Source: Candidatus Culexmicrobium cathedralense
Lineage (GTDB): Archaea; Thermoproteota; Methanomethylicia; Culexarchaeales; Culexmicrobiaceae
Reading direction: 5' to 3'
Length of the DNA: 64,000 nucleotides
NCBI GenBank assembly: GCA_025061115.1
Contig: JANZKC010000002.1
Location: 320,001-384,000 of the forward strand
The position numbers and the translations under genes were made by a program. The notes beneath the pieces are model-generated. The model saw nothing but the letters and a program-made list of their open reading frames with translations, had not been told where the DNA came from and made no database searches. This document shows positions 60,082-64,000 of this stretch, piece after piece (the first letter of the stretch is position 1; every line of letters starts with the position of its first letter).

Positions 60082-60320
60082 GTCGCAGTTCCTCCGCTTA
60101 CTTGAACACTATCAATTGAAGCCAATTTAATCGTAACCACTGATGTATATATATTTTAATTTTTCAATTACGCTAATGAAATAAAGTACTATAATACAAG
60201 CAAAACAACAATTGAAATATTAAACATTAAAATCAAAAATAAAATAATTTTGAAAACCATTGTTAAAGTAGGAGGCTTCTAGACATATTTAGCATTGAAG
60301 ATACATGATTAAAACAGTAT

Positions 60321-60393
60321 TGGGGTCGGTTCGTCGCGAGGACGTCATTCTCCGCCCGAAGTCAGGCGTCTGGGACGGCTTCTTCATCCCCCA
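60321..60393 (-). ncRNA. C/D box sRNA candidate overlapping the pop5 3' end
   Basis: TGGGG stem, C ATGAAGA, guide, D' CTGA, C' ATGACGT, 12-nt guide, D CCGA, closing CCCCA; GC-rich patch beside AT-rich DNA. Confidence 0.6.
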
Positions 60394-60745
60394 CATCCAC
60401 TGGTCGAGGTAGGCTATTAAGTATTTCTCTAGCTTTCTTGAGCGTGCCAGTCACCTTAATCACATGTACGATTACCGGCAATCCGCCTATTTCATCTATG
60501 ATTGCCAGTGCAGCCCTCAACTTCACTACTGCTCGATGATTGCATCTAATTATACCTCTTTGAAAGTCATTATTGTAATCTATCAAGTTTATGTGAATTG
60601 ATGCAGCTCCAACTTCGCCGAATAGCCTTAACGTAGCATCGAAGATATGCTTAAGCAGCTTAAGCTTGTTTAACTCGATTTTTTGCGGTGAATGTATTTC
60701 GAAGATCAAGTACCTATTACGCCTATTTTTTACCAAGTGGTTCAC
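60362..60745 (-). CDS. rnp2: RNase P protein Pop5
   Basis: RYLIFEI, LFGEVG, GIIRC.H, LRAAL, VTGTLKKA. Confidence 0.93.
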   Translation of the reverse strand: MNHLVKNRRNRYLIFEIHSPQKIELNKLKLLKHIFDATLRLFGEVGAASIHINLIDYNNDFQRGIIRCNHRAVVKLRAALAIIDEIGGLPVIVHVIKVTGTLKKAREILNSLPRPVDVGDEEAVPDA

Positions 60746-61475
60746 CTTTCTTTATCAATCTGACTCCGGGCATGATATAGCTCTCGCTCAGTTTTTCTCT
60801 GTTTCTTCGAATCAGCTCCAAAGGTATTCTTGATAAAGACTCCCTGGCTTCAAACTCCGTCAAGCCTAGAAGTGTTGCGAGTGCAGCCAACTCCCTCGGA
60901 GCCCTCATTTCATAAATGCTCGTCGCACCACTCGAGAATATTACTGGCACTTTGAATCGCTTGGCTATCTTCAAGTTCTCACTTAAAATTCTGATTGCCT
61001 GTATTCTCTCGCTCGAGCTTTTAGCTTTAATCAAGTCAATTAAATTGACCTCCAAAGCAGACTCTCCACTCAATGCTAAGGCGGCTTCAGACTTGTCGAA
61101 GAAGTTCTCCCTCCAACTTTTACTAGAAAAAATGAGTAAATCCACTCTTCGATCCCTAGCTGCAAGCCTGGCCACATTTACATTTACGCAGTAAACTGCG
61201 ATTACTTCAACCTTCCTTCTGAGCTTTCTAAGAGCTCTTTTAAGCAGTCTGGGGGAATGCTCGACGATATCAGCTCTAGCAATCAAGTCCACGCCATAGC
61301 TTTCAAATATACTTCTAACGTCCTGCAGAAGCCCGATATTCTTTAGGTTGAAGTCAGCTAAACCGATTGCTTTAAAACCTAGGTGAGCTGCCATCCTAGC
61401 TATTGAAGATGGAGAAGAATTTCCATTAGACAAGCTTGACTTCACGTGAAGATCTACGAACTGCCTTTTAGGCAA
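60723..61475 (-). CDS. rnp3: RNase P protein Rpp30
   Basis: FVDLH, R.AA.D.RVDLL, SSGA...EMRAPRE. Confidence 0.92.
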   Translation of the reverse strand: MPKRQFVDLHVKSSLSNGNSSPSSIARMAAHLGFKAIGLADFNLKNIGLLQDVRSIFESYGVDLIARADIVEHSPRLLKRALRKLRRKVEVIAVYCVNVNVARLAARDRRVDLLIFSSKSWRENFFDKSEAALALSGESALEVNLIDLIKAKSSSERIQAIRILSENLKIAKRFKVPVIFSSGATSIYEMRAPRELAALATLLGLTEFEARESLSRIPLELIRRNREKLSESYIMPGVRLIKKGEPLGKK

Positions 61476-61477
61476 TT

Positions 61478-61948
61478 TCAGCCCTCACTCATCACGAGGC
61501 CTAGATCCCTACAAACTCGAAGCAAATCCTTCTCACTCCTAATTGAGGTGAAGGACAAGGTTACTTTAATGACTCCATCATAGTCTGCCAAAACTAAGTT
61601 TCCTCGATAAGCCTCCTCCTTGCTAAACCTCATGTAGAAAGTCTTGGCTTTAAATGTCCTCAAAGCAAAGGTGGACTCCAAGAGCTTTTTATCCAAGCTG
61701 TCAAGCTTAGAGGCTATGTAGCTGATTATGTCACTAAGTAACATTTTATCCCTAACTTTAATTCTAAAAACAGTTACTGGATTACCGTAATACCCTCTCA
61801 AAACGTTTTTGGATATTTTAACGCAATTTCTAGCGTGACTTGGCAGAATGGAAAGCATTGCCCTTTTAACTTTATCGGGATCTTCAGTGGCATGAGAATA
61901 AGCTTCAATCTTAATTTCAGTTACTGGAAAAGCTTTTTCATCAGGCAT
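61478..61948 (-). CDS. COG1325-type RNA-binding protein of the exosome superoperon
   Basis: HATEDPDKV, GYYGNP, FYMRFSK motifs; located between rpl15e and rnp3. Confidence 0.88.
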   Translation of the reverse strand: MPDEKAFPVTEIKIEAYSHATEDPDKVKRAMLSILPSHARNCVKISKNVLRGYYGNPVTVFRIKVRDKMLLSDIISYIASKLDSLDKKLLESTFALRTFKAKTFYMRFSKEEAYRGNLVLADYDGVIKVTLSFTSIRSEKDLLRVCRDLGLVMSEG

Positions 61949-61957
61949 GAAACCATC

Positions 61958-62563
61958 CTACTGCTTTTTCTTCTTTCTCCCAGCTCTTTTATATGCAGCC
62001 CTCCTGCTCGGTCTAACTTTAACTGCCCTCTTGCCCTTAACAGTTAATCCTCTCGACTTTCTTCCAGCTGGAGTTAAACCTCTAAAGACTCTGCCTCTTT
62101 GAGCTGGATTTGTTATCCAACTTATTTCGGGATCGCTTTGAATTGCCGGATGGTGAGGATCAACTAATACGATCTCAAACCACTTATATCGGCCATCCTC
62201 CCCAACCCAATAACTTCCGAGAACCTCTAGGTTTGGAAACTTTCTAGCGGCTTTCTCCTCAGCAATCCACTGCAAGCTCTTTCTTGGAGTGTGACCGTAA
62301 ACTCCCATCCTCTTAGGTCGCCTGCCACTTCTGGGCCGTGGCTTACTTAAACTTCCCTTTTTAACTCTAACTCTAGCCACAACGAAGCCTTGCTTAGCTT
62401 TATAGCCTAGCTGCCTAGCCTTGTTAATTCTAAGAGGCTTTTCAACTCTAACTACTGTAGGCTGCCTCCTCCACTTTACCAATCTCCACTTCATAAGCTC
62501 AGCAAGCAACCCCTCTTTAGGGCGCTTCCATAGGTCTGCAAGGTACTTATACACTGGAATCAC
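61958..62563 (-). CDS. rpl15e: 50S ribosomal protein L15e
   Basis: [48 protein letters not shown]. Confidence 0.97.
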   Translation of the reverse strand: MIPVYKYLADLWKRPKEGLLAELMKWRLVKWRRQPTVVRVEKPLRINKARQLGYKAKQGFVVARVRVKKGSLSKPRPRSGRRPKRMGVYGHTPRKSLQWIAEEKAARKFPNLEVLGSYWVGEDGRYKWFEIVLVDPHHPAIQSDPEISWITNPAQRGRVFRGLTPAGRKSRGLTVKGKRAVKVRPSRRAAYKRAGRKKKKQ

Positions 62564-62616
62564 TCCTCTATCTTAAAGCTCAACTCCCTAGGCTGCATAT
62601 GCATTTCAAAAGCCAG

Positions 62617-63549
62617 CTATAAAGTTTTTCTCCTAAAATACTCGATTATCCTATTTGCCAATATAACTGCAGCAGCTCTCTGCGCTTCTACTGTCATTGC
62701 GCCAATGTGAGGAGTAGCTACGACATTTGGAAGCTTGATGAGCTCCAATTCCCACGGCTCCTTCGGAGGTTCGTTTTCGAAGACATCCAGGCAGGCGCCA
62801 AGCAGCTTTCCACTCTTCAGAGCTTCAAGTAAAGCCTTCGTATCTACAACTGCACCTCTGGACGTATTTACTATAACTGCGGTGGGCTTCAAAAGGGAGA
62901 GCTCCTTTTCCCCAATCAAGTGGTATGTTCCAGGAGTTAGTGGAACGTGAATTGTTATTATGTCGGATGCCGTCAAAACTTCATCCATACTTCTAAATTC
63001 AGCTTCAAGAGCCTTTTCAACTTCAGGTGGAGCCCTTCGGATATCGTAATATACGACGCGCATTCCAAAAGCTTTAGCTCTAGCAGCAACCTCCCTTCCA
63101 ATTCTGCCTAGGCCAATGATCCCTAAAGTTTTCCCCTGCAACTGGAATCCAAGAGCCTTACGCTTAACCCACTTGCCCTCCTTCATCGACCTATCACAGA
63201 AAGCTATTTTCCTATACAGCGCAAGCAGTAGTCCAAAAACGAGCTCAGCCACAGATGTACTTGAAGCTTCGGGGCTCGAGAAAACTTTTATTCCCTTTTC
63301 TTCTGCAGCCTTCAAGTCTATGTTATCTAGACCGACTCCAGCCCTACCTATAACCTTAAGATTCTCAGCCGCATTTATGATTTCCCGCGTAACCTTAGTC
63401 CTACTTCTCACGATGAGCACATCGTAGCTCCTTATCCTGGACTTCAACTCTTCATGGCTGATTCCATAGTCTAAGTCAACTTGAAACCCATTAGACTCGA
63501 GTAGCTTAACTCCATCCTCATGAATTGGATCTGTGATCAGCACCCTCAA
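62617..63549 (-). CDS. D-2-hydroxyacid dehydrogenase (short SerA-like)
   Basis: VRSRTKV, GRAGVGLDNID, GLGRIG, NTSRG, LDVFE.EP, TPHIGA.T.EAQ. Confidence 0.92.
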   Translation of the reverse strand: MRVLITDPIHEDGVKLLESNGFQVDLDYGISHEELKSRIRSYDVLIVRSRTKVTREIINAAENLKVIGRAGVGLDNIDLKAAEEKGIKVFSSPEASSTSVAELVFGLLLALYRKIAFCDRSMKEGKWVKRKALGFQLQGKTLGIIGLGRIGREVAARAKAFGMRVVYYDIRRAPPEVEKALEAEFRSMDEVLTASDIITIHVPLTPGTYHLIGEKELSLLKPTAVIVNTSRGAVVDTKALLEALKSGKLLGACLDVFENEPPKEPWELELIKLPNVVATPHIGAMTVEAQRAAAVILANRIIEYFRRKTL

Positions 63550-63574
63550 GGCTAAGCACCACTCACACCTAAAT

Positions 63575-64000
63575 CTACTTCCTAAGCTTTCTTAAAGCTA
63601 TTTCAGCAGCCCTAGTTATGGGTTCAATGGCATCAGCAACGGGCGGGCTATAGCAAGTATCTATTGAAGCTATGGACTCAGCATCCATGCCGCAGGCAAT
63701 AGCGGCAGCTAACAAGTTGATCCTCTGAGCCACCGCCTCGCCTCCAACTATTTGCCCTCCAATCAGCTTACCATCATCAGCTCTAAACACCAGCTTAACA
63801 ACTATCTCCCTAGCCCCGGGGTAATATTCAGCCTTCGTCAGCCACTTAACCTTCCCAACAACCGTGCGGATGCCCTCCCCTTTAGCCTGCTCGCATGTTA
63901 GCCCAGTAAAGCCCACTTCAAATCCAAAAACCCTAAGAACAGTAGACCCTAAGCTTCCGGCGAAGCGCAGCGAGCTTCCAGCAGCATTCGCACCAGCAAC
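63575..64000 (-). CDS. C-terminal part of a pyridine nucleotide-disulfide oxidoreductase (CoA-disulfide reductase/NADH oxidase-like); 5' end outside window
   Basis: Dimerisation domain: VGFTGLT, YYPG, KLVF...GKLIGGQIVG, RIN, CYSPP; frame stays open to the window edge. Confidence 0.88.
   Translation of the reverse strand, partial: VAGANAAGSSLRFAGSLGSTVLRVFGFEVGFTGLTCEQAKGEGIRTVVGKVKWLTKAEYYPGAREIVVKLVFRADDGKLIGGQIVGGEAVAQRINLLAAAIACGMDAESIASIDTCYSPPVADAIEPITRAAEIALRKLRK

Noticed and set aside
51669-60099. Shared TCCTCCGCTT near both ends of the dpp insertion as a target-site duplication
   Set aside because: Only 10 bp, SD-like on the coding strand, and not at the actual pop5 boundary

Overview
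64 kb of an archaeal chromosome, most likely TACK/Thermoproteota: it carries a short crenarchaeal-type XPF, a stand-alone aEF-2 and a tRNA with a non-canonical intron. It is mostly housekeeping and has five blocks. (i) An oligopeptide ABC operon at the left edge. (ii) An RNA-maturation neighbourhood (CCA enzyme, 2H phosphoesterase, RNase Z, Trm11, three radical SAM enzymes, tRNA-Gly, a Q-salvage-like protein, pelota and a C/D box sRNA). (iii) A mixed metabolic region (EF-2, kinase/nucleotidyltransferase operon, ECF S component, GNAT/ThiF, adenine deaminase, a shattered membrane glycosyltransferase pseudogene, XPF, Kor alpha/beta/gamma). (iv) The exosome/proteasome/RNase P superoperon, which lacks rpoP and is split by a second oligopeptide ABC cluster. 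(v) A partial CoA-disulfide-reductase-like gene at the right edge. The most interesting signals are missing from the ORF track. These are two Glu/Trp-rich microprotein ORFs (one resembling the Sem1/DSS1 motif), a 58-aa four-Cys microprotein, a 22-nt BHB intron in the tRNA-Gly variable loop, two C/D box sRNA candidates, a TTACT-N8-AGTAA operator upstream of the S component, a circularly permuted peptide-binding protein, and perfect identity patches in two paralog pairs. No CRISPR array, rRNA or transposase was seen. All assignments come from motif recognition by eye; no database search was run.
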